Notes: generated by a model from the letters alone, not told the origin. A stretch of 56,260 nucleotides of DNA from an uncultured Prevotella sp. (GCA_900553285.1 USCX01000001.1:1-56260); one strand, 5' to 3'; shown: positions 20,603 through 31,901, counted from the stretch's first letter. Made by a program: numbers and translations.

Positions 20603-20835
20603 GATTGAATGGGATAATTTGGGACAAAGATACGATTTTTTGCCGGAGCAGCATGGCTATATTTCTCTACATTAGTTTTTTTTAATCTCGAACGATATTT
20701 CCCCGTGTCACTACGGAGCAAAAAATAAAAACAGGGCATTGTGCGGATAATTCCTGCGCTTTTGTTTTGTCCGGACAAGATAAAGTCGTACCTTGCGACA
20801 CAAATATAATACTAACCTATTTATTTTGTCTTTGT

Positions 20836-21903
20836 ATGAAGAAATATAATTTTAGTGCCGGTCCTTCTATTCTGCCGCAGGAAGTGATGAAAGCCACCGC
20901 AGCGGCATGTTTGGATTTTGACGGAGTGGGTTTGTCTCTGATGGAAGTCAGCCATCGGTCCAAGGAGTTTCAGGCCGTGATGGATGAAGCGCAAGCTCTC
21001 ATGAAAGAGCTGCTTGATGTGCCCGCAGGTTATTCTGTGCTCTTTCTCGGAGGTGGTGCCAGCTTGCAGTTCTGCATGGTGCCCTATAATTTGTTGGAGA
21101 AGCGCGCGGCGTATCTGAACACTGGCGTATGGGCCAAGAAGGCTATAAAAGAGGCCAAACTGTTCGGTGAAGTGGTCGAGGTCGCTTCGTCCGCAGACCG
21201 CAATTATTGCTATTTGCCCAAGGACTTTACTATTCCTGCGGATGTGGATTATTTTCACTTGACGACGAATAACACTATCTATGGAACGGAGATACGCACC
21301 GACCTCGACTCGCCTGTTCCCATGGTAGCGGATATGTCGTCCGACATCCTTTCGCGCCCTGTCGATGTGTCTAAGTATGCTATTATATATGGAGGCGCTC
21401 AGAAGAATCTGTCAATGGCCGGTGTGACATTTGTCATAGTTAAAGACGACGTGCTGGGTAAAGTCAGTCGGCCTATTCCCACTATGTTGGACTATCGCAC
21501 GCATATCGATAAAGGCTCTATGTTCAATACGCCTCCTGTCGTGCCCATTTATTGCGCCATGCAGAACCTTCGTTGGGTGAAGGCGCAAGGGGGCGTCGAG
21601 GCCATGTCGCAGCGTGCGCAGGAACGTGCCAGTCTGCTCTATGCGGAAATCGATCGCAACCGTCTTTTCCGCGGGACTGTGGAAACGGAAGATCGTTCGC
21701 GTATGAACATCTGTTTCGTCATGGCGGACGATTATAAGGATCTCGAGGCCGAATTCCTCGCATTTGCGACAGAACGTGGCATGTCGGGCATTAAGGGGCA
21801 TCGTTCAGTCGGTGGTTTCCGCGCCTCTTGTTATAATGCTATGCCCCTTGAAGGCGTGCAGGCTCTTGTGGACTGTATGAAAGAGTTTGAAACCAGACAT
21901 TGA
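20836..21903 (+). CDS. serC: Phosphoserine aminotransferase
   Basis: NFSAGP, SHRS, DMSSD, GAQKN, NTPP, GHRSVGG. Start moved to 20836. Confidence 0.97.
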   Translation: MKKYNFSAGPSILPQEVMKATAAACLDFDGVGLSLMEVSHRSKEFQAVMDEAQALMKELLDVPAGYSVLFLGGGASLQFCMVPYNLLEKRAAYLNTGVWAKKAIKEAKLFGEVVEVASSADRNYCYLPKDFTIPADVDYFHLTTNNTIYGTEIRTDLDSPVPMVADMSSDILSRPVDVSKYAIIYGGAQKNLSMAGVTFVIVKDDVLGKVSRPIPTMLDYRTHIDKGSMFNTPPVVPIYCAMQNLRWVKAQGGVEAMSQRAQERASLLYAEIDRNRLFRGTVETEDRSRMNICFVMADDYKDLEAEFLAFATERGMSGIKGHRSVGGFRASCYNAMPLEGVQALVDCMKEFETRH

Positions 21904-21923
21904 AGTCTAAACAGATAGCGTTC

Positions 21924-22832
21924 ATGAAAATTCTATTAGCCACAGAAAAACCGTTTGCCCAACCCGCTGTCGACGGCATCCGTTCCGTGGTCAGCGAGGC
22001 GGGTTATGAATTGGGAATCATTGAGAAGTACGAGCGTTCGGCGCTGCTTGCTGCGGTGGCCACAGCGGATGCGCTCATCGTGCGCAGTGACAAGGTGGAT
22101 GCCGAGGTCTTTGAAGCCGCAAGGAACTTAAAGATTGTGGTACGGGCCGGTGCCGGCTATGATAATGTGGATTTGGCCGCCGCAACCGACCATCATGTCG
22201 TGGTGATGAATACGCCGGGACAGAATTCCAACGCTGTGGCCGAATTGGTGTTCGGGATGTTGTTGTATATGGCCCGTCAGAAATTCAACGGTAAGTCCGG
22301 CTTTGAACTGATGGGCAAAACGCTCGGATTGTATTCATACGGCCATGTCGCGGATTGTGTGGCCCGCATCGCGCAGGGGTTCGGTATGCGTGTGGTGACT
22401 TACACGCGCCGTCCCGACCGGCCGTTGCGCGGGGGCGTTGTGCGTCTCGACTCACCGGGTGAAGTGTTTGCTCAAAGCGACATTGTCAGCCTTCACATTC
22501 CCTTGACCGCCGAAACCAAAGGAATTGTCAACCGGCAGTTGCTCGAACGCATGAAGCTTAACGCTGTTCTTGTCAATACGGCCCGCAAAGAGGTTGTCAA
22601 CGAGAATGACTTGCTCATCATGATGGCCGAGCGTCTAGGGTTGGTTTACGCCACCGACGTCAAGCCCGATGCCGATGCTGAGTTCGTCAATGGATTTGCC
22701 GACCGCTATTTTGCTACGCCAAAAAAAATGGGCGCTCAGACTGCTGAGGCCAACATCAATGCCGGTATTGCAGCTGCCCGTCAGATTGTAGCTTATTTGC
22801 GGGACGGTAACGAAGAGTTCCGGGTGAATTGA
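21924..22832 (+). CDS. serA: D-3-phosphoglycerate dehydrogenase, short form with no ACT domain and a catalytic Lys
   Basis: RAGAGYDNVD, NTPGQNSNAVAE, VNTARK, TPKKMGAQT; follows serC. Confidence 0.88.
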   Translation: MKILLATEKPFAQPAVDGIRSVVSEAGYELGIIEKYERSALLAAVATADALIVRSDKVDAEVFEAARNLKIVVRAGAGYDNVDLAAATDHHVVVMNTPGQNSNAVAELVFGMLLYMARQKFNGKSGFELMGKTLGLYSYGHVADCVARIAQGFGMRVVTYTRRPDRPLRGGVVRLDSPGEVFAQSDIVSLHIPLTAETKGIVNRQLLERMKLNAVLVNTARKEVVNENDLLIMMAERLGLVYATDVKPDADAEFVNGFADRYFATPKKMGAQTAEANINAGIAAARQIVAYLRDGNEEFRVN

Positions 22833-22927
22833 TGAATCCTGTTGCGTTTTTCGGAAGAGGTTTGCGGCCCACATTCGTTCCGGTGCGCGGCAACCTCTTC
22901 TTTTTACATCTTTAATCTCATTCTATT

Positions 22928-24181
22928 ATGGTAGTTGTAAAACCTTTCAAAGGTCTGCGCCCGCCGAAGTCAATTGTTGAAGAAGTCGCGTCGCGGCCTT
23001 ACGACGTGTTGAGTGCGGAAGAGGCCAGAGCCGAAGCCGGCGAAAACCAGAAGTCGCTTTACCATATAATCAAGCCCGAAATTGAGTTTCCTGAGGACTT
23101 TGACGAGTATGATCCGCAAGTCTATGAGAGGGCCAAGGAAAATTTCGAAGCATTCCAACATAAAAAATGGCTCGTTCAGGACGACGCTGAGAATTACTAT
23201 CTGTATGCGCAGGAGATGAACGGAAAGACGCAGTATGGTATTGTGCTTTGTACGCATGTGCAAGACTATATGAATGGTGTCATCAAGAAGCATGAACTGA
23301 CCCGTCGCGATAAGGAAGAAGACCGTATGAAGCATGTCCGCACAACGAACGCCAATGTCGAACCGGTGTTTCTCGCTTATCGGCATAATGATGTGCTCGA
23401 CACGATAATCAAGAAATATGCGGCCGAGCCTGCCCAGTATGACTTTGTGGCTCCGGGCGACGGTTTCGGACATAAGTTTTGGGTCATCGGTGACGAAGCC
23501 GACAAGAAAACCATTACGGATGCTTTCGCATCGATGGATGCACTTTATATAGCCGACGGGCATCACCGTTCTGCAGCGGCTGCACTTGTCGGTGCCGAGA
23601 AGGCCGCTGCGGATGCCCACAGCACGGGAAAGGAAGAGTATAATTATTTTATGGCCGTGTGTTTCCCCGCCGAACAACTGACGATTCTGGATTATAATCG
23701 GGTGGTCAAGGACCTCAATGGCATGACCGAGGAAGAGTTTGCCCGGGCGCTTAGTCAGGATTTTGATGTGGAACTCATGGGCGAGACACCGTATAAGCCG
23801 GAAAAGTTGCATGAGTTCTCTGTCTACATGGGCGGAAAATGGTATAAACTTACGGCGAAAGCCGGCACGTTCGATTCGCAAGATCCCATAGGTAATCTTG
23901 ACGTCGATATTTCTTCGCGTCTGATTCTCGATAAATTGTTGGGCATTACCGATCTGCGTTCAGACAAGCGCATTGATTTCGTCGGCGGCTTGCGGGGATT
24001 GGACGAGTTGAAACGTCGGGTCGATAGCGGAGAGATGAAAATGGCTCTTGCGCTTTATCCTGTCACGATGGAACAGATTATGACGATAGCAGACAGCGGG
24101 AAAATCATGCCCCCCAAGGCAACATGGTTCGAGCCCAAGCTCCGTAGCGGCTTGGTCATTCATAAGCTGGATGAAGACTGA
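22928..24181 (+). CDS. DUF1015 family protein
   Basis: SRPYDV, KKHELT, YIADGHHR, YNRVV, MPPKATWFEPKL. Confidence 0.9.
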   Translation: MVVVKPFKGLRPPKSIVEEVASRPYDVLSAEEARAEAGENQKSLYHIIKPEIEFPEDFDEYDPQVYERAKENFEAFQHKKWLVQDDAENYYLYAQEMNGKTQYGIVLCTHVQDYMNGVIKKHELTRRDKEEDRMKHVRTTNANVEPVFLAYRHNDVLDTIIKKYAAEPAQYDFVAPGDGFGHKFWVIGDEADKKTITDAFASMDALYIADGHHRSAAAALVGAEKAAADAHSTGKEEYNYFMAVCFPAEQLTILDYNRVVKDLNGMTEEEFARALSQDFDVELMGETPYKPEKLHEFSVYMGGKWYKLTAKAGTFDSQDPIGNLDVDISSRLILDKLLGITDLRSDKRIDFVGGLRGLDELKRRVDSGEMKMALALYPVTMEQIMTIADSGKIMPPKATWFEPKLRSGLVIHKLDED

Positions 24182-24574
24182 GGCGGACGAATGCAAGGCG
24201 CGGTAAGGCGTTCGGGATATGCCCCCGCATGTAAGGGTGGGGCGAGCCCGTTGGCTTATTCGCGCGCATTGTACGATTGATACCAAGCAGAGGGCTTTCA
24301 CGGTCGCAGTGATCGTGAAAGCCCTCAAAGTGACGGGCAGAACATTCGCAGTTCCAGACGAAATCCGTAAGCCGGAAGTGGGTACGCATCCTGTGTCGGG
24401 AAACTTGCCCGCCGGACGAAAAATGGCAGACGGGCAGTGAGATAATGGAAAAGTTCAGAAGGAAAATCCTGCTTTATCCATGAGAACAACGTCATTTGAA
24501 GAGGAGAAAACGCCTGTTTTGCACTTTTCTTCAAAAAAAACGGGCAAATGTTTGGTACGTATGGTGGAATGTTG

Positions 24575-24582
24575 TACCTTTG
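24575..24582 (+). promoter_or_regulatory. Bacteroidota sigmaA -7 box (TACCTTTG) of tRNA-Lys, with TTTG -33 near 24551
   Basis: Matches the TAnnTTTG consensus at the expected position. Confidence 0.75.
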
Positions 24583-24607
24583 CACTCGCAAAACAGCGAT
24601 AAACGAT

Positions 24608-24680
24608 GCGTCCTTAGCTCAGTTGGTAGAGCAATTGACTCTTAATCAATGGGTCCAGGGTTCGAGCCCCTGAGGGCGTA
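24608..24680 (+). tRNA. tRNA-Lys(CUU)
   Basis: Cloverleaf; anticodon arm ATTGA-CTCTTAA-TCAAT; GGTTCGAGCC. Confidence 0.95.
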
Positions 24681-24683
24681 CAA

Positions 24684-24725
24684 AATGTTCCGGAATTGCT
24701 TTCACAATTCCGGAACATTCTTTTT
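24684..24725 (+). terminator. Intrinsic terminator after tRNA-Lys
   Basis: AATGTTCCGGAATTG / CAATTCCGGAACATT perfect stem followed by a T-run. Confidence 0.85.
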
Positions 24726-24792
24726 ATGTCTGTTATGCCTATTGGAGGAGGCAAAGACAAGTCCGTATCTCCTTTTTTCGTAAATTTGCGTT

Positions 24793-25407
24793 ATGTGCGA
24801 AGATGTATATTATACTGTGAGCGGATGCTCGGAAGCCGTTTACACAGAAAAACGCAGCAAGTTCCTGGCTTTTGTCTGTCCGGTTGAGACGGAAGACGAA
24901 GTGAAAAATCGTCTTGCGGACTATCAGCGAAAGTATTACGATGCCCGTCATGTCTGTTATGCCTATGTCATGGGAGCGGATGGCTCCCGTTTTAGGGCGA
25001 ACGACAATGGAGAGCCATCGGGGACGGCAGGAAAACCCATTCTCGGTCAGATTCATTCGAAAGGGGTGACCAATGTGCTCGTTGTTGTCGTCCGCTACTT
25101 CGGCGGGATAAAGCTGGGGACAGGCGGCTTGACAGTGGCTTATAAAACGGCAGCCCGTGAGGCGCTTGACGCGGCTACGCTCGTCGCTCGTACGGTCGAC
25201 CGCGTCCTGACGCTTGTTTTCCCTTATTCGGGATTGAATGCGGTAATGCGTGCCGTCAAGGAGTTCTCGACTGTGGTTGTCGATCAGGGCTACTGTGGGA
25301 TGGACTGCCGGTTGGTGTTGCGCGCGCGGCTTTCAGTTCTGTCACCGTTGCGCGCGCGGCTTGAAAAGATAAATTTCCTTCGCATGGAAGAAGAAACGGA
25401 AGTTTGA
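24793..25407 (+). CDS. YigZ/IMPACT family protein
   Basis: KRSKF, ARHVCYAY, DNGEPSGTAG, RYFGGIKLGTGGL. Confidence 0.92.
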   Translation: MCEDVYYTVSGCSEAVYTEKRSKFLAFVCPVETEDEVKNRLADYQRKYYDARHVCYAYVMGADGSRFRANDNGEPSGTAGKPILGQIHSKGVTNVLVVVVRYFGGIKLGTGGLTVAYKTAAREALDAATLVARTVDRVLTLVFPYSGLNAVMRAVKEFSTVVVDQGYCGMDCRLVLRARLSVLSPLRARLEKINFLRMEEETEV

Positions 25408-25430
25408 CCTTTTGATATTTTATCCAGATT

Positions 25431-25967
25431 ATGCTTACGTTCAATCGTGTTTGTCTTGGAACGCCTGACTGCGAGCAAATGACGGCGTTGTATCTTTCGG
25501 CTTTTCCTGAGGACGAGCGCCGTCCCGTCGACGAGCTTCACGCGTTGTTGGCCGGCGAGCCGTCGTTTGTGGCATGGGCCATAAAGGATGCCGGCGAGTT
25601 CGTCGGATTTGTGACCTATTGGGACTTTGACGCTTGTCGCTATGTGGAGCATTTTGCCATTTCGTCCTCATGTCGCGGTCACGGGTATGGGGGAGAAGTG
25701 ATAGAAGAAGTGAAGCGGACGACAGCGCTTCCCGTTATCCTCGAAGTGGAACCGCCATCCACGGAGCAGGCAAGACGCCGTGTTGCCTTCTATCAGCGTC
25801 ATGGCTTCGCGCTGAGTGATTATCCCTACGCCCAGCCTTCTTACCGTTCCGACGGAAAGACGTTTCCCATGAGGCTGATGATAAGCGAGAAGAGATTTTT
25901 AGGCTGCATCACGGCCCAATGGCTGCAGCCAATCTATCATTTTGTTTATCGAGTGACGGAGGAATGA
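25431..25967 (+). CDS. GNAT family N-acetyltransferase
   Basis: AFPEDERR, RGHGYG (motif A), ILEVEPP, FYQRHGF. Confidence 0.88.
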   Translation: MLTFNRVCLGTPDCEQMTALYLSAFPEDERRPVDELHALLAGEPSFVAWAIKDAGEFVGFVTYWDFDACRYVEHFAISSSCRGHGYGGEVIEEVKRTTALPVILEVEPPSTEQARRRVAFYQRHGFALSDYPYAQPSYRSDGKTFPMRLMISEKRFLGCITAQWLQPIYHFVYRVTEE

Positions 25968-26190
25968 ATAAAAGATGAATATATTGTGAGAATTTGTCGC
26001 GGTTTTGCAAATTGTCGACAAAATAATTTGCTTTTTATACATAAAGTTTATTATCTTTGCAGGGGTGATAAAGATTTCTGCCAACCGGCGTAAGGTGGAG
26101 TGACGTCTATTGCGGTACATGGTAAGCACTTCCGTGTTTGCCTTACGTTGGGAAGAAAAAGATGAATGATAACAATAAAAAGAGAAACGC

Positions 26191-28443
26191 ATGATTTACG
26201 ATCTTGACATGATTGCACAATTTTATGGCGACTACGCCCGGCGTGTATCCCATGCCCGTAACGTGGTGGGGCGGCCGTTGACGTTAGCCGAAAAGATATT
26301 GTATGCCCATTTATACGACATCCGTTCGGCTGCCCCCTATCGGCGTGGTGAGGATTACGCGGATTTCCGTCCGGACCGGGTAGCGATGCAGGATGCGACG
26401 GCTCAGATGGCGCTTTTGCAGTTTATGAATGCAGGTCGTGAGCGTGTGGCTGTTCCTTCTACGGTACATTGTGATCACCTTGTCCGGGCCTGTCAGGGGG
26501 CTGCGGCCGATCTGTCAGAAGCAAATAGTGAGAACTCCGAAGTATATGGCTTCCTGCAAAGCGCAGCGGCCCGGTATGGGATAGGATTCTGGCGTCCGGG
26601 TTCAGGAATTATCCATCAGGTAGTGTTGGAGAACTATGCGTTTCCCGGAGGAATGATGGTCGGCACCGATTCGCATACCCCCAATGCCGGAGGCTTGGGT
26701 ATGGTGGCCGTGGGCGTCGGAGGCGCAGATGCCGTTGACGTGATGACCGGTATGGCGTGGGAGTTGAAAGTTCCGCGTATGATTGGCGTCAAGCTGACCG
26801 GGAAATTGAACGGTTGGGCCTCACCGAAGGATGTCATTTTGAAGCTGGCAGGCATCCTTACGGTCAAAGGCGGAACGAATGCCATAATCGAATACTTTGG
26901 CGAGGGAGTGTCGTCTTTGTCATGTACAGGGAAAGCCACGATTTGCAATATGGGGGCCGAAGTCGGCGCAACGACGTCCGTTTTCCCTTATGACGGGCGG
27001 ATGAAGGCTTATCTCCATGCCACATGCCGTGCGGAGGTGGCGCAACTGGCCGAAACGGTGGCAGGAGATCTTCGGGCAGATGAAGAGGTGTATGCCGCAC
27101 CGGAGAAATTTTATGATCAGCTCATCACCATAGACCTGACAACGCTTGAACCTTACGTTAATGGTCCTTTTACGCCCGATGCGGCTTGTCCGGTTTCAGA
27201 ATTGCGGCAACGTATAGCCCGTGAGGGTTATCCGCAAAAGATGGAGGTCGGCCTGATAGGTTCCTGCACCAATTCGTCGTATGAGGACATGAGCCGTGCC
27301 GCCTCGGTGGCACGCCAGGTTCAGTCCAAAGATTTACCCGTGGGAGCCGCACTAATCGTAAATCCCGGTTCGGAGCGTGTGCGTGCGACGGCGGAGCGCG
27401 ACGGGATTTTAAGCAGTTTTCAGGATGTAGGCGCAACCATTATGGCGAATGCCTGTGGCCCCTGCATAGGACAGTGGAAGCGTCAGACTGATGAACCTAT
27501 GCGACGCAATTCAATTGTTACTTCGTTCAATCGGAATTTCGCCAAGCGAGCAGATGGAAATCCCAATACGCATGCTTTCATCGCTTCGCCCGAAATGGTA
27601 GTCGCATTGACTATTGCCGGTGATTTGGGTTTCAATCCCCTTAAAGATACGTTGAAAAATAAGAAAGGTGAAGATGTCCTGCTTGATCCTCCGACCGGCG
27701 ACGAACTGCCTGCTGCCGGTTTTGTCAATACGACAGAAGGCTATGTGCCTCCCGTGGCTACTGACGAACCTGTGCGTATCGCGCCGGACAGCGAGCGCCT
27801 GCAACGCCTTGATCCCTTCCCCCGGTGGGACGGGAAGGACTTTTCTCATTTGGCGCTCCTTATCAAGACAAAGGGTAAGTGTACCACAGACCACATTTCG
27901 ATGGCCGGCCCTTGGTTGCGCTACCGCGGACATTTGCAGAACATTTCCAAGAACCTTTTGATGGGCGCTACGAACGCGTTCAACGGTCAGACCAATAGTG
28001 TGCTCGACGTGTTGACGAAATCATACGGCGCGGTGTCGTCCGTGGCGGCTGATTATAAGGCGCATGGTGTCGGTAGTATCGTAGTGGCGGAGGAAAACTA
28101 CGGCGAAGGGTCGAGTCGCGAACATGCAGCGATGGAGCCCCGTTATCTGGGCGTCAAGGTGATTTTAGCGAAGAGCTTTGCCCGCATTCATGAGACGAAC
28201 TTGAAAAAACAGGGGATACTGGCTCTTACCTTTGTTGATAAAGGCGATTATGACAAAATCCGCGAGGATGATCGTCTGTCGGTGACAGGCGTGACGACGC
28301 TGGCTCCCGGAAGTAAATTGGAAGTTACGTTGGAACACGCTGACGGCAGTATGGACGTAATTCCGGCACAACATACGTATAATGTCCAGCAGATAGCTTG
28401 GTTTAAAGCCGGCTCTGCACTAAATTCGTTAAGTCATGAGTAA
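26191..28443 (+). CDS. acnA: Aconitate hydratase (mitochondrial-type AcnA)
   Basis: QDATAQ, HCDH, GTDSHT, GSCTNS, ACGPCIG, TTDHIS, GSSREHA. Confidence 0.95.
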   Translation: MIYDLDMIAQFYGDYARRVSHARNVVGRPLTLAEKILYAHLYDIRSAAPYRRGEDYADFRPDRVAMQDATAQMALLQFMNAGRERVAVPSTVHCDHLVRACQGAAADLSEANSENSEVYGFLQSAAARYGIGFWRPGSGIIHQVVLENYAFPGGMMVGTDSHTPNAGGLGMVAVGVGGADAVDVMTGMAWELKVPRMIGVKLTGKLNGWASPKDVILKLAGILTVKGGTNAIIEYFGEGVSSLSCTGKATICNMGAEVGATTSVFPYDGRMKAYLHATCRAEVAQLAETVAGDLRADEEVYAAPEKFYDQLITIDLTTLEPYVNGPFTPDAACPVSELRQRIAREGYPQKMEVGLIGSCTNSSYEDMSRAASVARQVQSKDLPVGAALIVNPGSERVRATAERDGILSSFQDVGATIMANACGPCIGQWKRQTDEPMRRNSIVTSFNRNFAKRADGNPNTHAFIASPEMVVALTIAGDLGFNPLKDTLKNKKGEDVLLDPPTGDELPAAGFVNTTEGYVPPVATDEPVRIAPDSERLQRLDPFPRWDGKDFSHLALLIKTKGKCTTDHISMAGPWLRYRGHLQNISKNLLMGATNAFNGQTNSVLDVLTKSYGAVSSVAADYKAHGVGSIVVAEENYGEGSSREHAAMEPRYLGVKVILAKSFARIHETNLKKQGILALTFVDKGDYDKIREDDRLSVTGVTTLAPGSKLEVTLEHADGSMDVIPAQHTYNVQQIAWFKAGSALNSLSHE

Positions 28444-29629
28444 AGTTTACAAAGCGTCGGACGGTACGCTCGTCGTTCCCGACGTAGTTACTATACCGTT
28501 TATAATGGGCGACGGCGTAGGCCCGGAAATCACTCCCGCCATGCAACGCGTGGTCGATGCCGCCGTGAGCGCCGTCTATGGCTCTGGGCGCCGCATCGAA
28601 TGGAAAGAAGTGTGGGCCGGTGAGCGTGCTTTTCATAAAACCGGTTCGTGGCTTCCCGACGAGACGATGGACACATTCAAAGAGTATCTTATCGGTATCA
28701 AGGGGCCGCTGACCACGCCGGTAGGCGGAGGTATCCGGTCGTTGAACGTGGCTTTGCGCCAGACTCTCGACCTTTATGTATGCTTGCGTCCTGTGCGCTG
28801 GTTCAAAGGTGTGGCCTCGCCCGTAAAAGACCCAGCGAAGGTCGATATGCACATCTTCCGTGAGAACACAGAGGATATCTATGCGGGCATAGAGTGGCCG
28901 AGCGGTTCTCCAGAGGCTAAGAAAGTGTATGACTTCCTTCATGAGGAAATGGGCATCAACAAGGTCCGTTTCCCGGAGACGTCTGCTTTCGGTGTCAAGC
29001 CTGTTTCGAAAGAAGGTACGGAACGTTTGGTCCGTGCTGCATGCCGTTATGCTCTGGAGCACGGCTTGCCTTCTGTTACGTTGGTGCACAAAGGAAACAT
29101 AATGAAGTTTACAGAAGGAGGATTCAAAGCGTGGGGATATGAGCTGGCGCAGCGTGAGTTCGGTGAGGCGCTCGAAAGCGGCCGGCTGGTCGTGAACGAT
29201 TGCATAGCCGACGCTTTTCTGCAAAATGCCTTGCTGATGCCGGAGAATTATTCCGTCATCGCCACGCTGAACCTAAACGGAGATTACATATCCGATATGC
29301 TTGCTGCCATGGTGGGCGGAATCGGAATAGCCCCCGGGGCCAACATCAATTACGATACGGGCAGCGCTATTTTCGAGGCGACGCATGGCACAGCGCCCAA
29401 CATCGCAGGAAAAGATGTCGTCAATCCGTGCTCTATTATCCTTTCGGCCGTCATGATGCTCGAATACATCGGATGGAAAGAAGCAGCCGACCGGATAACG
29501 TCCGGTCTGGAACAAATGTTCGCAGCCGGGCGTGCCACAGTTGACCTGGCCCGGTTCATGCCTAACGGTGTGCCTCTTTCCACATCCGTCTTCGCCGACG
29601 AGCTAAGTGCGCTTATTCATAAATCTTAA
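28436..29629 (+). CDS. icd: NADP-dependent isocitrate dehydrogenase
   Basis: [45 protein letters not shown]. Confidence 0.96.
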   Translation: MSKVYKASDGTLVVPDVVTIPFIMGDGVGPEITPAMQRVVDAAVSAVYGSGRRIEWKEVWAGERAFHKTGSWLPDETMDTFKEYLIGIKGPLTTPVGGGIRSLNVALRQTLDLYVCLRPVRWFKGVASPVKDPAKVDMHIFRENTEDIYAGIEWPSGSPEAKKVYDFLHEEMGINKVRFPETSAFGVKPVSKEGTERLVRAACRYALEHGLPSVTLVHKGNIMKFTEGGFKAWGYELAQREFGEALESGRLVVNDCIADAFLQNALLMPENYSVIATLNLNGDYISDMLAAMVGGIGIAPGANINYDTGSAIFEATHGTAPNIAGKDVVNPCSIILSAVMMLEYIGWKEAADRITSGLEQMFAAGRATVDLARFMPNGVPLSTSVFADELSALIHKS

Positions 29630-29638
29630 TCTGCGATC

Positions 29639-30982
29639 ATGAAAAAGGAATACATTATATATAAACTGTCCGACGAGATGAAGGGATGCATCAAAATTGA
29701 TGCGGAACTTTTCAGGAAGTTGGATGTAAAGCGCGGGTTGCGCAATGAGGACGGCACGGGTGTGCTTGTCGGACTGACCAACGTGGGAAATGTGGTCGGA
29801 TATGACCGTAATGCAGATGGCACGCTGACTCCTATTGAAGGCAAACTCTACTATCGCGGTTACGAGATATCCGATCTCGTCAACCCGATCTTGTCCGAAT
29901 GCCGGTTCGGTTATGAAGAAATAGCTTTCCTTCTCTTGTCTGGCCGGTTGCCTGACTGTGAAGAATTGCAGTCGTTCCGCGAACTGATCACAGACAACAT
30001 GCCGCTTGACCCGAAGACCATACTCAACATTATAGAGTTGGAAGGGACGAACGTCATGAACATTCTGGCGCGCAGCGTGCTCGAACTCTACACGTTCGAC
30101 TCCACGCCGGACGATACGTCGCGCGATAATTTGATGCGTCAGAGTGTGGAACTCATTTCCAAGATACCGACGATTATCGCCTACGCTTATAACACGCTCC
30201 GGCACAAAACGCTCGGCCGGTCGCTCCATATCCGTCATTCGCAAGAGCATCTTTCTTTGGCGGAGAACTTCTTGTATATGCTGAAAGGCAACTACACACA
30301 GCTTGAGGCACGTACGCTTGACTTGATGCTCATTCTGCACGCGGAGCATGGCGGAGGAAACAATTCGACCTTTACGGTGCGCGTTACTTCGTCGACGGGC
30401 ACGGATACATATTCATCGATAGCAGCCGGCATAGGCTCGCTGAAAGGCCCGCTTCATGGCGGGGCCAATATCAAGGTCGACAATATGGTGCGTCATCTCA
30501 AAGAAACAATTAAGAACTGGGAGGACGAAGAAGAGGTGCGTACCTATCTGCGGCGGATGGTCGCCGGGGAAGTGTATGATAAGACCGGTCTCATTTACGG
30601 CATCGGACATGCGGTATACACTCTGTCTGACCCGCGTGCCGTCCTGCTGAAAAAACTGGCCCGCGATCTGGCCCGCGAAAAAGGCCGTGACCGCGAATTC
30701 GCATTCATGGAGCTGCTCGAAAAGTGTGCCATCGAGACGGTTTATGAAATCAAAGGCCGGAAAAAAATCCTCTGCGCGAATGTGGATTTCTACTCCGGAT
30801 TCGTGTATGAGCTCATCGGGCTTCCCCCTGCTATCTATACGCCGCTTTTCGCTATGGCCCGCATCGTAGGGTGGTGTGCCCATCGCAATGAAGAGTTGAA
30901 TTTTGAGGGCAAGCGTATTATCCGTCCTGCTTACCGCAGTGTGGGCGAGGTGTGTGAGTACGTGCCCCTTTCAAAACGGTGA
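29639..30982 (+). CDS. gltA: Citrate synthase
   Basis: HAEHGGGNNS, GPLHGGAN, GIGHAVY..DPR, NVDFYSG. Confidence 0.92.
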   Translation: MKKEYIIYKLSDEMKGCIKIDAELFRKLDVKRGLRNEDGTGVLVGLTNVGNVVGYDRNADGTLTPIEGKLYYRGYEISDLVNPILSECRFGYEEIAFLLLSGRLPDCEELQSFRELITDNMPLDPKTILNIIELEGTNVMNILARSVLELYTFDSTPDDTSRDNLMRQSVELISKIPTIIAYAYNTLRHKTLGRSLHIRHSQEHLSLAENFLYMLKGNYTQLEARTLDLMLILHAEHGGGNNSTFTVRVTSSTGTDTYSSIAAGIGSLKGPLHGGANIKVDNMVRHLKETIKNWEDEEEVRTYLRRMVAGEVYDKTGLIYGIGHAVYTLSDPRAVLLKKLARDLAREKGRDREFAFMELLEKCAIETVYEIKGRKKILCANVDFYSGFVYELIGLPPAIYTPLFAMARIVGWCAHRNEELNFEGKRIIRPAYRSVGEVCEYVPLSKR

Positions 30983-31378
30983 TACTTCTGGGGCATAAAA
31001 TCCCCGACCGTGAAATTCCAGACGCATTACGCCGTATGTGTTTATCGCCATGTATGGGGATGACACATGCGGCGCAGTGCGTTTAAGGAAGCAAGGGGGA
31101 CCTGTCCGGCTTTTATGGCCGGACAGGTTTCTTTCGCTTGGCCGTGTGACGGTCACTGCGTTTCGTCGCGCGGCCGACCTGTTTGTTTTTTCCGTCGCGG
31201 CGACCGTTTCCCGTTTTTCCCCGTATGCATCCAGCGTAACTGCCAGAGCTGTTCCCATGCCCCATGCGCCCGTTTCGTATGGCGCGGTCCCAGCGCATCC
31301 CAAGAGGAGCGGAATGAAAAAATGAAGGGCTAAACGTAATTTTTTGTCCAAATAGTTTGTCGGTAATAATAAAAGCAC

Positions 31379-31386
31379 TATCTTTG
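31379..31386 (+). promoter_or_regulatory. sigmaA -7 box (TATCTTTG) for the tRNA cluster
   Basis: TAnnTTTG consensus, with TTTG near 31356. Confidence 0.75.
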
Positions 31387-31413
31387 CACCGCGTTTGAGA
31401 GAAAACGCGTTAG

Positions 31414-31489
31414 GCGGAAATAGCTCAGTTGGTAGAGCACAACCTTGCCAAGGTTGGGGTCGCGAGTTCGAGTCTCGTTTTCCGCTCCA
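31414..31489 (+). tRNA. tRNA-Gly(GCC), encoded CCA
   Basis: Canonical cloverleaf, anticodon loop TT-GCC-AA. Confidence 0.97.
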
Positions 31490-31519
31490 CTTGTTGGACA
31501 TTGAGAAGACGAATAGAGC

Positions 31520-31602
31520 GCCCAGGTGGCGGAATGGTAGACGCGCTAGTTTCAGGTACTAGTGTTAGCAATGACGTGCAGGTTCGAGTCCTGTTCTGGG
31601 CA
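31520..31602 (+). tRNA. tRNA-Leu(CAG)
   Basis: Long variable arm; anticodon loop TT-CAG-GT. Confidence 0.95.
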
Positions 31603-31627
31603 CAACGATTCGTTGGTAAGCATAATT

Positions 31628-31711
31628 GGAGAGGTGGCGGAATTGGTAGACGCGCTACTTTGAGGGGGTAGTGACAATTGTGTCGTGGGAGTTCGAGTCT
31701 CCTCCTCTTCA
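31628..31711 (+). tRNA. tRNA-Leu(GAG)
   Basis: Long variable arm; anticodon loop TT-GAG-GG. Confidence 0.95.
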
Positions 31712-31718
31712 CTTGCTT

Positions 31719-31794
31719 GCGGAAATAGCTCAGTTGGTAGAGCACAACCTTGCCAAGGTTGGGGTCGCGAGTTCGAGTCTCGTTTTCCGCTCCA
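31719..31794 (+). tRNA. tRNA-Gly(GCC), identical second copy
   Basis: Same sequence as 31414-31489. Confidence 0.97.
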
Positions 31795-31901
31795 CTTTTA
31801 AGAAATGGGAGGCAGTAAAACAACTTTTTCAGACTGCGTGTGAGTTGCTCCCAAGATTAATTGATTTGTCGTATCGACGATAAATAACTTTATTGACTTC
31901 T

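Noticed and set aside
21924..22832. Degenerate Rossmann motif and His-to-Lys change in SerA as signs of inactivation
   Set aside because: Lys-type short phosphoglycerate dehydrogenases are a known functional class.
26191..30982. Aconitase-icd-citrate synthase operon as a novelty
   Set aside because: Standard Bacteroidales arrangement for 2-oxoglutarate synthesis.
30971..31883. ORFs overlapping the tRNA cluster, and the 76-bp direct repeat
   Set aside because: Spurious translations of tRNA genes; the repeat is two tRNA-Gly copies, not an att site or CRISPR.
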